Of a DNA stretch of 64,000 nt, positions 49,869-61,939 are shown piece by piece (the stretch's first letter is position 1; every line of letters begins with the position of its first letter). This stretch comes from Dendrobates tinctorius (taxonomy: Eukaryota): positions 3,534,001-3,598,000 of the forward strand of contig NW_027361864.1 of assembly GCF_039654945.1 (NCBI RefSeq), given 5' to 3'. The notes below the pieces were generated by a model. That model did no database searches. It was not told where the DNA came from and saw only the letters and a program-made list of their open reading frames with translations. A program made the position numbers and the translations under genes.

Positions 49869-51471
49869 TGTTAGGCGTCGGATTTCCGGCGCTGCACAGC
49901 GGGAATCCCGAGCCTTGCCTCCGACGGTCTCCCATTCCTTCCCAGCCGCAGAGGAGCTTGCTCAGCAAACTCGTCGGTCCCGGCGCTCTGTCCAGACCAG
50001 CTCCGTGGGTTTGCTTGCTGCTGCCACCCCTGGTTCAGCTTTGGCAATGCATGCTGCTCAGCAGCAAGATCCTCCAGGGACTAAGTCCTCATGTCGGGCC
50101 ACTGAGCATGCCTGTGGAGTGATCTCCCATTGGAGATCAAAGGTCATGTGCTCAGGTCCTGCTCGTGTTCGGATTGGCCCATCCGAGAAGCAAGGAGGAT
50201 CACGGACGCCTGCGGCTATAAAAGGTTTGCATGGCCGCTCGGCCATGCGCTAAGATAGACTCAAATAGTTTGGTGTGTATGATGATGGATGCATGTATCT
50301 GGTGTCTGACTCATTATGAAACCCCTACCCTTTGATACGTCTGTTGTTAGGGTTTAGAGACTGAGTCAGCGCCTGCTAGTGGCTAGCCTGTAGGCCACAG
50401 TGCATACCGGCCGTCTGCACACTTGCACACGCCATTTATTTGATCCCTGTTGGTATCGCAGTCGCGGTACCGGGCGCTAGCGGTCTAGAGGGACTTCAGT
50501 CCTGCTGTCTAAGGGCTGAGTTCTGTGACGTTACGCTAGCGCTTACTCTGCCGAGCTCTGTGAGCGAAAACAGGCTACGGCATCTATTATTTGCGGTAGT
50601 GCGGTTCTAAGTCATAAGAGTTCGCCTCGGTACACCTTGGGTGAGGTTAACCCCGTGTGTGCCATTATTTCACCGCCATATCGCGTCCGCCATTACCGAG
50701 CAGCAGTTAACACCTCTGCACGGTGGACCCCGGGCTGCGAACGCACCTAAACACCATATTATTATTTGGTGTGTTCCGCCAGCCCTTAACAGCACGGAGG
50801 TGGATCGCTAATGTTTTGGGGATGTGTGAGCTACAAAGGCACAGGAAACTTGGTCAAAGTTGAAGGAAATATGAATGCAGCACATTATCAGCAAATACTG
50901 GAGGCAAATTTGCACTCATCAGCCTAGAAGCTGCGCATTGGATATTCTTGGACGTTCCAACATGACAACGATCTAAAACACAAGCCCAAGTCGACTTGTC
51001 CTTGGCTACAGCAGAACAAAGTGAAGGTTCTGGAGTGGCCATCTCAGTCTCCTGACCTCAGTATCATTGAGCCACTTTGAGGAGATCTCAAGCGCACAGT
51101 TCATGCTAGACAACCCAGGAATTTACAGGAACTGGAGGCTTTTTGCCAAGAAGAGTGGGCAGTTTTACCATCTGAGAAAATAACCTCATCCACAACTACC
51201 ACAAAAGACTTCCAGCTGTCATTGATGTTCGAGGGGGCAATACACGGTATTAAGAAATGGGGTATGTGAACTTTTGAACAAAGTCATTTGGATGTTTTGG
51301 GTTGTCATTATGATTTAAAAAGAGAAAACATACTAGTTTGACAATAAATGGCTTCACCCAAAGACTTACTATGAGTGGAGAAAAAGTATGGGTGTTATCA
51401 TTCATATTCTTTGAAAAAAGGCCAAGAAAGGAAAAATTCTGCCGGGGTATGTAAATATTTGAGCACAACTA

Positions 51472-51900
51472 TAACTACTATAATACTGCCCCTATGTACA
51501 GGAATATAACTACTATAATACTGCCCCCTACGTACAAGAATATAACTACTATAATACTGCCACCTATGTACAAGAATATAACTACTATAATACTGCCCTT
51601 ATGTACAAGAATATAACTATTACAATACTGCCCCCTATGTACAAGAATATAACTACTATAATACTGCTCCTATGTACAAGAATATAACTACTATAATACT
51701 GCCCCCTACGTACAAGAATATAACTACTATAATACTGCCACCTATGTATAAGAATATAACTACTATAATACTGCCCCTATGTACAGGAATATAACTACTA
51801 TAATACTGCCCCCTATGTACAAGAATATAACTACTATAATACTGCTCCTATGTACAAGAATGTAACTGCTATAAAACTGCCCCATGCACAAGAATATGAA
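51472..51900. repeat. 35-36 bp minisatellite, inverted orientation (left part at about 43720-43832)
   Basis: ACTACTATAATACTGCCCCTATGTACAAGAATATA units. Confidence 0.93.
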
Positions 51901-53332
51901 TCTGAAGAAGACTTTTCATATGTGACTGGCAGTAGGACGCCTATTATGGTCCTGTTAGAATCCTGCATCAGAGACAGTTTCTTTATCACCGCTGACACCT
52001 TGGCTGCTCCATAGATAGTGAGGTATGAGTCACATGCAATGAATAGCACCAACTGTTTGTGCTGACTTTTTTTTCCATTTTGCACTTGAGAACATGACAG
52101 CTCTTTAGTTAATATGATTAGAAGCAGGGAGGCCTCTGCCAACACAGCCCAGCATTACCCTGAGTGCCAGGCAACAGTTCAGTCTCCATCCTGCAGAGGG
52201 GAGAAAGCCCCGGATTGGCACAGTGGCCTTTAGGGTATGTTCACAGATTTTGATCTGGATATTTTTAGCCAGAAAAACACACATAAAAACTGCTTCTAAA
52301 AAGTGTGGGATTTTTGGTGAGGTTTTAAAATGCGTTTTTTGGCATATTTTTCTGTGTGGTTTTTGAGAAATTTTTAATTTTGGGTGTAACAATATGGTTT
52401 AGGTTTTGGCACATTTCTGATGCAAAAACCCATTCTGGAAACATTCAAAAGAATTGACATGCTGCTTACTTTTTTTTTTTTTAGACGTGGTAAACACGCA
52501 GAAAAAAAAAGCGACGTGCACTTAAAGCGCATTTTCTGCTTCAAATTAAAGGGAGGCTTGATGCAAGCAAGTCTGAAGCGGTTTTCTTTTTAATGAGCAT
52601 TTAGGCACTAAATCAACACAAAAAAACCATCCAAAATTTTCATGTGAGCGTACACTGGGGATTCGTGCACCAGCGTCTTTTTCAGGTGGAAACGCTCCAT
52701 AGTCCGCCTTAAGATGCGCTAATCAAACACTTAAAGTAGTGAACATATGTACTGCAATGTGAAATCGACTCGCTGTGTTTATGTTCAGTCTTTTGAGCTT
52801 TTGTTTTCCTAGGCTACCTTGCAAAACAGTTAAAGAAGTGTCCTGACCATTCTTCAGGCAGCTTGGAAGCAGCTCACTAGAAAAGAAAAATAGTAATAAA
52901 AAAAAAAGTCCGGAAAAGCTCTGGTGTGTTCTGAAGTGTCTACCTACCGAAAAACACACCGGGTTCACATATAATCTTAGAGATTACTAATTGCAAAGAA
53001 TTTAAGTGATTTTCATGCATCACTTACCTGTTATTAAAGGGAAACTGTCAGCAGGATCTACTCCCATAGACAGTGTGAGGCCGGGGTCACACAACTGCAA
53101 TGCAAGAAACTCGCATCAATACCCGGCACTGCTGCCGATACTCGGGACCCCGGAGCGCTCAGCTGCATAGAAATACATGCAGCCGCACACTCCGGTCCCG
53201 AGTACCGGGGTATTGATGCGAGTGTGACCCCGGCCTAAGGCTCCATTCACACATTCAGTATTTGGTCAGTATTTCACATCAGTATTTGTAAGCCAAAATC
53301 AGGAGTTGGAGACGTGTTTCTATTATACTGTT

Positions 53333-53620
53333 CAGTGTCGGGCAGGGGTGCCAAGGGCCCACCAGTAACAATGACTTTGGGGGCCCTCTTTTCACCTGCA
53401 TACAAATATTACACTGCCCTCGTTCACAAATTTAGCTATATCTCTATATTTTAATAAACTAGGTAGTATGCGTAATGAATGATGAGGTGCTACTTTTTTC
53501 TGTACAGAGTGAATCGTGAATTATACCAAGTAAGTTCCATATATTAGGGCTGGGGGCCCGTGTTTGCATAGCGGCCTGCCGGGTGATTCCCCTGCTCCCC
53601 TATGGGCCAGTCCGAGCCTG
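53333..53620. mobile_element. hAT-type MITE, family A copy 3, nested in a Harbinger-like MITE (~53239-53687)
   Basis: Perfect TSD ATACTGTT; host ends GGCTCCATTCACA...TGTGAACGAGGCC. Confidence 0.88.
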
Positions 53621-54868
53621 ATACTGTTCCTCCGATTGTTCCTCTCCTGAAATACTGATGTAAAATACTGACCATGTGAACGAGGCCTGAGACCTCCGAT
53701 TTTCTCATATTAGGGCTGTTTTCCACACATAGCACTCGTGATAATCTTTGGGGCCATTCACGTGTCTGCGGAAAATCTTGGCGACGTGTCCGATGTTGAC
53801 CCGAGTCAATGCAAGTCTATAGGTCCATGAAAAAAAAATTGGGACTTCACGGGTCGGATTTTCATGGACTGTCTCAAAGGAGAAGGTGGGGAAATTGTTT
53901 GTTTTTTTTCCTATGTCAATGTACGAGAAAAACGGATGACATTCGGACCACACTCTGATCGAAAAAAAAAAATTGGTGTGAATAAGGCCTTAGGAGTGCG
54001 GTGTTGCCCTCCCAACCACTTTTGTGTCATTATTAGAAATGTGTTATGGGATTTTTCTGAATCTTGGCACTACTGTCCCCAGGAGCGCCGGCTGTCACAC
54101 CTCTGCACATGGCGGGCATCTCTCGTAGCGGGAATGACAAACCAGTGTGCACAGATAAAGCAGGGAGGAGGAGGAGTTGTCCCTCTCCTCCTCCCTGTTC
54201 TGTCGATGGAGAAATACAAGATAAAATATCTCAATAAAGCGAACAAAATAAATTGTCCTGTCACCCATAGTAACCAATCACAGCGCAGCTTTCATTTTTC
54301 CAGAGCAGATTAAGAAATGAAAGCTCTGCTCTGGTTGTTTGCTATGGACAACAAGGCCTGTATATTAGATATATGAGGCCCAGTAAATACAATCTATTCA
54401 CCCGAGACCTCAGAAGTGCAATAAAATGGCCGCCAGCAACATCCTGTAACCCCCTAATCCCCTCCCTCAGACATTTTGTTACCATCTCTAGGAAAGATTA
54501 TAAAGTGGAAAAAAAAATCATCAGAGTTGACATAAACCACAGCGGGAAAGGGTTAAACGCACCTGCTGATGCCTGACGGTAAATCATCGGCTGAGGCGTC
54601 GAGGACGCCAGATAGAACTGGGACACGGCTCCCTGCACACATTTAACTCTGCTATTTCAGGAGCAATTTCCAGGAAAGGACCAAATGAGCAACATACACA
54701 TCACACAAAAATAACTCCGAGCCGTCTCTGAAGCTCCAGGTGTACGAGGACATCAAAAATGGCCCACCGCCCCCTCACCAAACTCGCAAACGGGTCTTCT
54801 GTCAGCATATTTAAAAAAAAGTCCTATGTAAATGACCCCAATCTGTATTCAGATATCAGATAACATAA

Positions 54869-55197
54869 AGGGGTATTCCCATCTCCATGTTCCTGTCCCA
54901 ATATGTAGTAGGTGTAATAATATTAGCAAATGCCTCCAATTAGAAATGCAGTATAGTTCTTCTGATACACTATGTCACTTACCCCATGTGCAAGGCATTG
55001 CAGTACTTTAGATATCCATAATTATGACTACTATATAACCATGGATACCTAAGCTACTGCAATGCCTTGCACATGGGGTAAGTGACATAGTGTATCAGAA
55101 GAACTATGCTACATTTCTAATTGGAGGCATTTGCTAATTTTGTTATTATTACGCCTTCTACACATTGGGATAGGATCTTGAAAATGGGAATACCCCT
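54869..55197. mobile_element. Palindromic Kolobok/T2-like MITE
   Basis: AGGGGTATTCCCAT...ATGGGAATACCCCT termini; ~155-bp arms. Confidence 0.75.
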
Positions 55198-55452
55198 TTG
55201 TGCCAAAACACAACGAATTCTCTGTGTTTTACAGTGTCAGAAAACTGCATCTAATGCAAGTCTGTGGGAAAAATCTGCATATAAAACTGGAAATGGACTA
55301 GTGATGAGAGTGTCTTCAGCGTGCTCGAATGCTATGTTTGAGGCCCCGCGGCTCTTTGACAGCCGCAACACATGCAAGGATTGACCGTTTGCCTTAGGCC
55401 TCATTCACACGTCAATATTTTTGCATCAGTGTTTGTATGCCAAAACCAGCAG

Positions 55453-56770
55453 TGTCTTACATCACAGGACAGGTGTCAGTCTCACACCTGTAGCTATGAA
55501 AGTCTTCGAAAGAATTATGATGTCCCACCTGATAAAATTCACGCAGAAGCTATGGGACCCGCTTCAGTTTGCCTATAAGGAGAATCGTTCGGCAAACGAC
55601 ACTGTCAATCTGGCACTGAAGTACATTTTGGATCATACAGATGAACTGCACTCATATGTCCGGATTCTTTTCATGGACTTTAGCTCAGCGTTCAATACCA
55701 TTGATCCGAATTTACTTCATAAGAAAATGGTAGCTCTTGGAGTCCCTCTCAACTTACGCTTGTGGATTTATACCTTCCTGACAGCCAGGATACAGAGTGT
55801 AAAAGTTGGACCATTCACTTCAGACACCTTGGTCACAAACATCGGGGCACCTCAGGGGTGTGTTTTGTCCCCGTTACTGTTTTTTTCTCTATACGAATGA
55901 TTGCATCTCTTCAGCAGACTCAGTAAAAATCTTGAAATTTGCCGATGATATGACACTGATTGGTCTCATCAGGGGAAATGCTGAAGACTTGTATCGGAGT
56001 GAGGTGGAAAGAATATGTGACTGGTGTAAAGCCAATAATCTTGTACTCAACACTAAAAAAACTGCTGAGATGGTTGTGGATTTTAGGAAAGATCAACATG
56101 AGATACTTCCAATCTACATCCATGACGAAGTGGTTCTTAGGGTCACAGAGACCAAATTCCTTGGTGTTATCATCTCTCATGATCTTAAATGGGGGAAAAA
56201 CGTGGATGCTGTTATAAGAAAAGCACAACAGAGGATGTTCTTCCTGCGTCAGCTGAAAAGATATGGTTTGTCTAAGAATCTGCTGATCTTATTCTTTAAT
56301 GCTGTCATCAGATCTGTGATTTGTTCCTCTCTGATAGTCTGGTATGGGGGAGCCACTGCGCATGACAAACTCCGCTTACAAAGGACTTTCAGAACAGCAG
56401 AGAGAATTATAGGTTCCCCCCTGCCTAAAATCCAGGATCTTTATGATAAGAGTATTCGATCCCACGCATTGAAAATTTCATCCGATCCCTCTCACCCGGG
56501 ACACTCCTCATTCCAACTACTCCCTTCAGGACGTCGCTTCAAAGTCCCCAAATGCAGCACCAACCGCCATATGAACAGCTTTTATCCACTCTCTATTCAT
56601 CAATTAAATCATCATGTGTAGACTATATACTGTATCTGTCTTGTTAGATGTTACTTGTTGTATCTGTTGTTATATATTATGTTGCCTCTTTGCCACAAAG
56701 AATTCCTTGTATATGTGTAATATGTACTTGGCGATAATACATTTGATTGATTGATTGATTGATTGATTGA
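55453..56770 (+). mobile_element. 5'-truncated Rex1/Babar-clade non-LTR retrotransposon (RT fragment, frameshifted), inserted in a Harbinger-like MITE (55397-56855)
   Basis: DPLQFAY, YVRILFMDFSSAFNTI, GAPQGCVLSPLLF // LYTND, KFADD; frameshift at a T-run near 55880; (TTGA)n tail; host TIRs GGCCTCATTCACACGT/ACGTGTGAATGAGGCC. Confidence 0.88.
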
Positions 56771-56858
56771 AAAAAAAAAAAAAAAAATAATAGCTTTTTG
56801 CTGTAATTTCCACTCCTGGCTTTGACATATAAAATACTAACGTGTGAATGAGGCCTTA

Positions 56859-57207
56859 GGGTCTGTGCACACGGTGCGGTTTCTACCGCGGATCCGCAGC
56901 AGAACTGCAGGTGATGTACAGTACCATTATAGCCTATGTAAGAAAAAAAAACGCTGTGCACATGCTGCGGATTTTTCCACGCGGTTTTTGTGCAGGAAAA
57001 AAAAAAAAGCACCATATCGCTTCTTTTGTGCGGTTTTACTGCAGTTTTCCACCTGCTCCATTCTACAAATCCGCAGGTGGAAAACCGCACAAAAACGGCA
57101 GTAAAACCGCATAAAAAAAAGGAAGAAATCCGCAGGAAAAATGCCGGTCACTTGATCTGCGGATTTAGTAAAATCAGCGGGAGGATCCGCACCGTGTGCA
57201 CAGAGCC
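56859..57207. mobile_element. PIF/Harbinger-like MITE
   Basis: GGGTCTGTGCACACGGTGCGG...CCGCACCGTGTGCACAGAGCC. Confidence 0.75.
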
Positions 57208-58021
57208 TCAAACTGTTTTAAAGCTGACAGTGTCCTTCGGAAGAGTTGACATTAGGGTTTGTTGACTCTTTTTTTTTTTTTTTAGGAGTTTTGCATTTAG
57301 GAGGAACATTTGGAAAGTTTCTGCTCTTAAAAAAATCTCAAAAATCTCAGTGTGAACACATGCTTATACTTCATTTTTCTGTGGAAAAGTTTAAAAAAAA
57401 TGTAACTAGGTAGAATATTTGAAAGAAGTTTTTGAGGAGGATCTTGGAGAAGATCCTTGTTTTCAAATAACTCTGTATCAGTATAGCCTCAGGACATGTT
57501 CACACAGGGTATTTTGATGTGGACAATGATATTGGATCTGCTCAAAATTCTCTGTGTGAACATACTCTGAGAGCCACTTAGGACAGACCCGTGCGTTATT
57601 GGCCTTTTTTAACCTTATCACAATCCTCATTATATGCTGATCTCCATTAAGCATTAGGTTTACCTTTTGACCTCTCCTCGCTCCAATGACTGTTGTCTAG
57701 GTGTTGTCACCTTTGGGCCGACACCACAATAATTGATGACACATCTCTTAAACCCATTATTTACGGGTCAGGAAATTGTCATTATTTAAGATTCCTGTAT
57801 ATTTATGTGACTGCTGTGCTTTAGTCGAGACTTGTGGATCAGTGGTCTACAAGGCCACATGGTCGTGGTGGAAGTACAACCCTTCACATGTTGCAGGCTT
57901 TGCTGGCATGCTGGGAAATGTAGTTTTACCACAGCTTTCAGTTCATTGAGAAGAAGTCCACCAAACCTGACTCCTGGTTTCTACTTCCCTTCCCCCCTTT
58001 CTCCTATTCCAAATACTCCAA

Positions 58022-58654
58022 ATGGCGTTGGTGGCTACCTCTCTGTCCCCCTTAATTGGGGGGAACCCTATGGCCCAAGCAGCTCCATCCTTAGAGGAGA
58101 AGTTAATTTTGCAGCCGTCACTTACACTCCTGGTTTTTATCCTTCTCCCATGTGTGGTTTTGTTGTTCCTACTTAATTGCTTTTTGCTTTTATTTCGCCT
58201 TCCTGCCCTGTCCCTGGAAAAAAGGGGCAAAAGGCGAGGAGGGGTATCGAGGGGCAACAAGCAGCCAAGACATAACAGGCCAGCGCCCAGCTACCCAGAG
58301 AAGTCCACATGTGACAGCTACTCTGGGGTCGTCAGTCAAGGTTTGGAGGCTACGTTAGCCTTTGGTGAAAGTGCCCACACACCCCGCGATAGACTCCAGT
58401 CCACCAGAGAATGGTGCTATAAGCAGAACGAGACCCCAGTGAGACCCTACTGTCTTTGCACACCACCTGCCATGTCCATGCCTCGTGGTCCCTCAAGGAC
58501 TGGTCCATGCCCCATGGCCTTGTCACCAAACAGAGGGGTAAGCTGGAACGAAGTTGAAGACGGGGGAGGTGGCATAACGTCCTACAGCGAGCAAGAGACT
58601 CCGCAGAATGCTGCTCCACCCAACACGCCAGCCGCTCAGCAAAAGGCCCCTCCG
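58022..58654 (+). CDS. hwa: Huluwa-like single-pass membrane protein, exon 1 (TM helix, basic stop-transfer segment, PPNTP motif); alternative start at 58070
   Basis: LTLLVFILLPCVVLLFLLNCFLLLFRLP then KRGKRR; PPNTP at 58616-58630; CCG|GTGAGT phase-0 donor. Confidence 0.8.
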
Positions 58655-59889
58655 GTGAGTAAGATATCAAAAATCATAAAGAAAAACTCCACCTTCTTCA
58701 AAGTAGTTAATGAGAGCGCAAAAATGGTATTAACTCAACATCATCCCCCTCCTCTGCAGAAGTGTTTTGTTAATCAGCTGCTAGGAATTCAAATCTACCA
58801 TGCTTTACCCTGCAGGTTACTTGGATCGGAGCAGCAGATCGCAAACTGCCATGAATGGCTGATGGAACTAATAGGGAAACTGTGACACCTCAGACACAAG
58901 ATTTAGGGCTCGATTCATCATTTTGTTTCTGTCCGTTTTTTGGGATGAAAACCCAACAATTTTTGACTGTGATTTGCAACAAATTCATCAAATGATGTCT
59001 TTTTTTTTTTTCAAGTTGTTCTTTGTTGCTTAGTTAGTTTTCAGATTTTATTTTTTATAACAATGTGATTTTTTTTTTTCCCAGATGTTTTAGGTCACGT
59101 TCACACATTCAGTATTTGGTCAGTATTTTATCAGCATTTGTAGCCAAAGCCAAGAGCGGGTGATAAATCCAGAAGTGGTGATGGATTTCTATTATACTTC
59201 TCCTCTTCTGATTTTGGCTTACAGATAGTGATGTAAACTGTTGAGTGTGTGAACGAGGCCAAAGACAGATTCAAACAAAATTTGGTGCACTCCCCCGTGA
59301 TTTTATGTGAAAAAGTTGAATTGTTGAGACATTTTGCAAAACCTGCAACTTTTTTGCTAAAAAGTCATCAAAACAGTTAAAAGGCAGAAAAGAATTTAGG
59401 GCTTTGCATAAAATTTCGGAATCGCGCACGCCATTTTGATGAATTTCGCCTAAAAACCAGTGAAAACCACGAGTCAAAAAAGAAAAGTGACTTTAAAATA
59501 AATCGAATCAGCCCCTAAATGTTTTCTGTTTGAGGAGTAAAGCATGTTGGGGGTTGTAGTGCTCTACATACAGTATAGAGTATAATAACATTAAATTATG
59601 GTCATGTCGGGGCGTCAGATCTTGCTGGAGCTTGTAGTGCTCTTTGTTTTATAGTACGATAACATGGTATTATTATTGGGACATGTTGGGGGTTGTAGTC
59701 AAAGTGCCTGATTCATCAAGAATGGCGTTGACACCGCTTTTGATGAGGCCGTGCTGGAGTCGTATGCCTCTTCATGAATCGGGACTGTCAGAGAAGTGGC
59801 GCGTCGTCTCCCTGTCCCACCGCAGCTTTACCCACTTTGGCAGATTTGGGAGAAAAGTCTTTGTTGAACCGGCGCCTTGGTATATAATG

Positions 59890-61200
59890 TTTAGTGGTCA
59901 GATCTTGCTGGGTGTTGTAGTTCAACATATGTAGTTCAACATATATAGCATTGTATTATGATCATGTGTAGTGGTCAAGGTCTTGCTGGATGTTGTAGTT
60001 CAACATATATAGCATTGTATTATGATCATGTGTAGTGGTCAGGTCTTGCTGGGTGTTGTAGTTCAACATATATAGCATTGTATTATGATCATGTGTAGTG
60101 GTCAGATCTTGCTGGGTGTTGTAGTTCAACATATATAGCATTGTATTATGATCATGTGTAGTGGTCAGGTCTTGCTGGGTGTTGTAGTTCAACATATATA
60201 GCATTGTATTATGATCATGTGTAGTGGTCAGGTCTTGCTGGGTGTTGTAGTTCAACATATATAGCATTGTATTATGATCATGTGTAGTGGTCAGGTCTTG
60301 CTGGGTGTTGTAGTTCAACATATATAGCATTGTATTATGATCATGTGTAGTGGTCAGATCTTGCTGGGTGTTGTAGTTCAACATATATAGCATTGTATTA
60401 TGATCATGTGTAGTGGTCAGGTCTTGCTGGGTGTTGTAGTTCAACATATATAGCATTGTATTATGATCATGTGTAGTGGTCAAGGTCTTGCTGGGTGTTG
60501 TAGTTCAACATATATAGCATTGTATTATGATCATGTGTAGTGGTCAGGTCTTGCTGGGTGTTGTAGTTCAACATATATAGCATTGTATTATGATCATGTG
60601 TAGTGGTCAGATCTTGCTGGGTGTTGTAGTTCAACATATATAGCATTGTATTATGATCATGTGTAGTGGTCAGATCTTGCTGGGTGTTGTAGTTCAACAT
60701 ACACTATATAGCATTGTATTATGATCATGTGTAGTGGTCAGGTCTTGCTGGGTGTTGTAGTTCAACATATATAGCATTGTATTATGATCATGTGTAGTGG
60801 TCAGGTCTTGCTGGGTGTTGTAGTTCAACATATATAGCATTGTATTATGATCATGTGTAGTGGTCAGGTCTTGCTGGGTGTTGTAGTTCAACATATATAG
60901 CATTGTATTATGATCATGTGTAGTGGTCAGATCTTGCTGGGTGTTGTAGTTCAACATATATAGCATTGTATTATGATCATGTGTAGTGGTCAGATCTTGC
61001 TGGGTGTTGTAGTTCAACATATATAGCATTGTATTATGATCATGTGTAGTGGTCAGGTCTTGCTGGGTGTTGTAGTTCAACATATATAGCATTGTATTAT
61101 GATCATGTGTAGTGGTGAGGTCTTGCTGGGTGTTGTAGTTCAACATATATAGCATTGTATTATGATCATGTGTAGTGGTGAGGTCTTGCTGGGTGTTGTA
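59890..61200. repeat. 63-bp minisatellite, about 20 copies, in hwa intron 1
   Basis: GTGTAGTGGTCAGGTCTTGCTGGGTGTTGTAGTTCAACATATATAGCATTGTATTATGATCAT. Confidence 0.96.
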
Positions 61201-61397
61201 GTGCTTTCTTGTTTATAGTACAATAGAATAGCATTGTGATCGGGATATGTTGGGTGTTGTATTTATTGGCTGTAATGGCATTATGGTCATGTTGGGAGTT
61301 GTAGTGTGGTATGTATAGAATGTAATAGACCTTCATTGTGGATATGTTGGGAGTTGCAGTCTTGTATATTATGCACGTCACCGTCTCTTCTCTTCAG

Positions 61398-61593
61398 ATA
61401 ATGACTCCAAAGGTGAAGTTCTGCCATAAGACCAGCACTCAGAGGAAGACTGATGGGGTGTCGTTGAACCCTTTGGGGTCTATGCTCTTTGACCATGCCA
61501 GCAGCATCCCACCAGACGACACGCCAACTCGATTTTCAGCCAACAGCAGCTTCCAGGGTCCAGGACTGGATACTGACTTTGGGGTCAGCGCAG
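61398..61593 (+). CDS. hwa: Huluwa-like protein, exon 2
   Basis: CTTCTCTTCAG| IMTPKVKFCHKTSTQR...GPGLDTDFGVSA-G |GTGAGT; phase 0 in, phase 1 out. Confidence 0.8.
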
Positions 61594-61766
61594 GTGAGTG
61601 CATCCAGAGGCACCGGAAATGGCGGGAAGATGTAATGGGACCTTATATAGTGGCAAGATAATGAAGAGGAAGGGAGCGGGACTGTGCCCATCATCTGCCC
61701 AGGGAGCGGGACTGTGCCCATCATCTGCCAATCTCCTACCCATCAGTCCTCATGTCTCCCCCACAG

Positions 61767-61939
61767 GTGTCTCTCTGCACATCTTATCCTCAGACAGTGA
61801 CTCCTGCTCCCAGTCCTGGGCCTCAGGGATGGAATGGGATTACTACGACCCCTGTTACATGAGGAAGAACCGGCTCCGAAGAGAAACCTGGCAGAACCAC
61901 CAGCCCCCAGTCATCTGCAGCAAGCAATACTGGGTATAA
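61767..61939 (+). CDS. hwa: Huluwa-like protein, exon 3
   Basis: CCCCACAG| (G)VSLHILSSDSDS...MEWDYYDPCY...SKQYWV*; phase compatible; total 1002 nt = 333 aa. Confidence 0.82.

Larger units (their letters stand above)
44802..50791 (+). mobile_element. Full-length Ty3/Gypsy chromovirus of the Tf1/sushi group
   Basis: LTRs 44802-45719 and 49869-50791 (TG...CA), 5-bp TSD GCACG, PPT 49851-49865, gag followed by PR-RT-RH-IN-chromodomain. Confidence 0.98.
43833..51471 (+). mobile_element. Decayed Tc1-family transposon interrupted by a Gypsy element
   Basis: TA|CAGTTGTGCTCAAAAGTTT ... TTTGAGCACAACTA|TA long TIRs; broken transposase ([37 protein letters not shown]). Confidence 0.92.

Noticed and set aside
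58655-58885. C-terminal 76 aa of the 287-aa ORF
   Set aside because: Read-through past a strong GTGAGT donor; the conserved-looking sequence continues in the downstream exons
59962-61155. 21-aa repeat ORFs on the minus strand
   Set aside because: Product of the 63-bp intronic minisatellite
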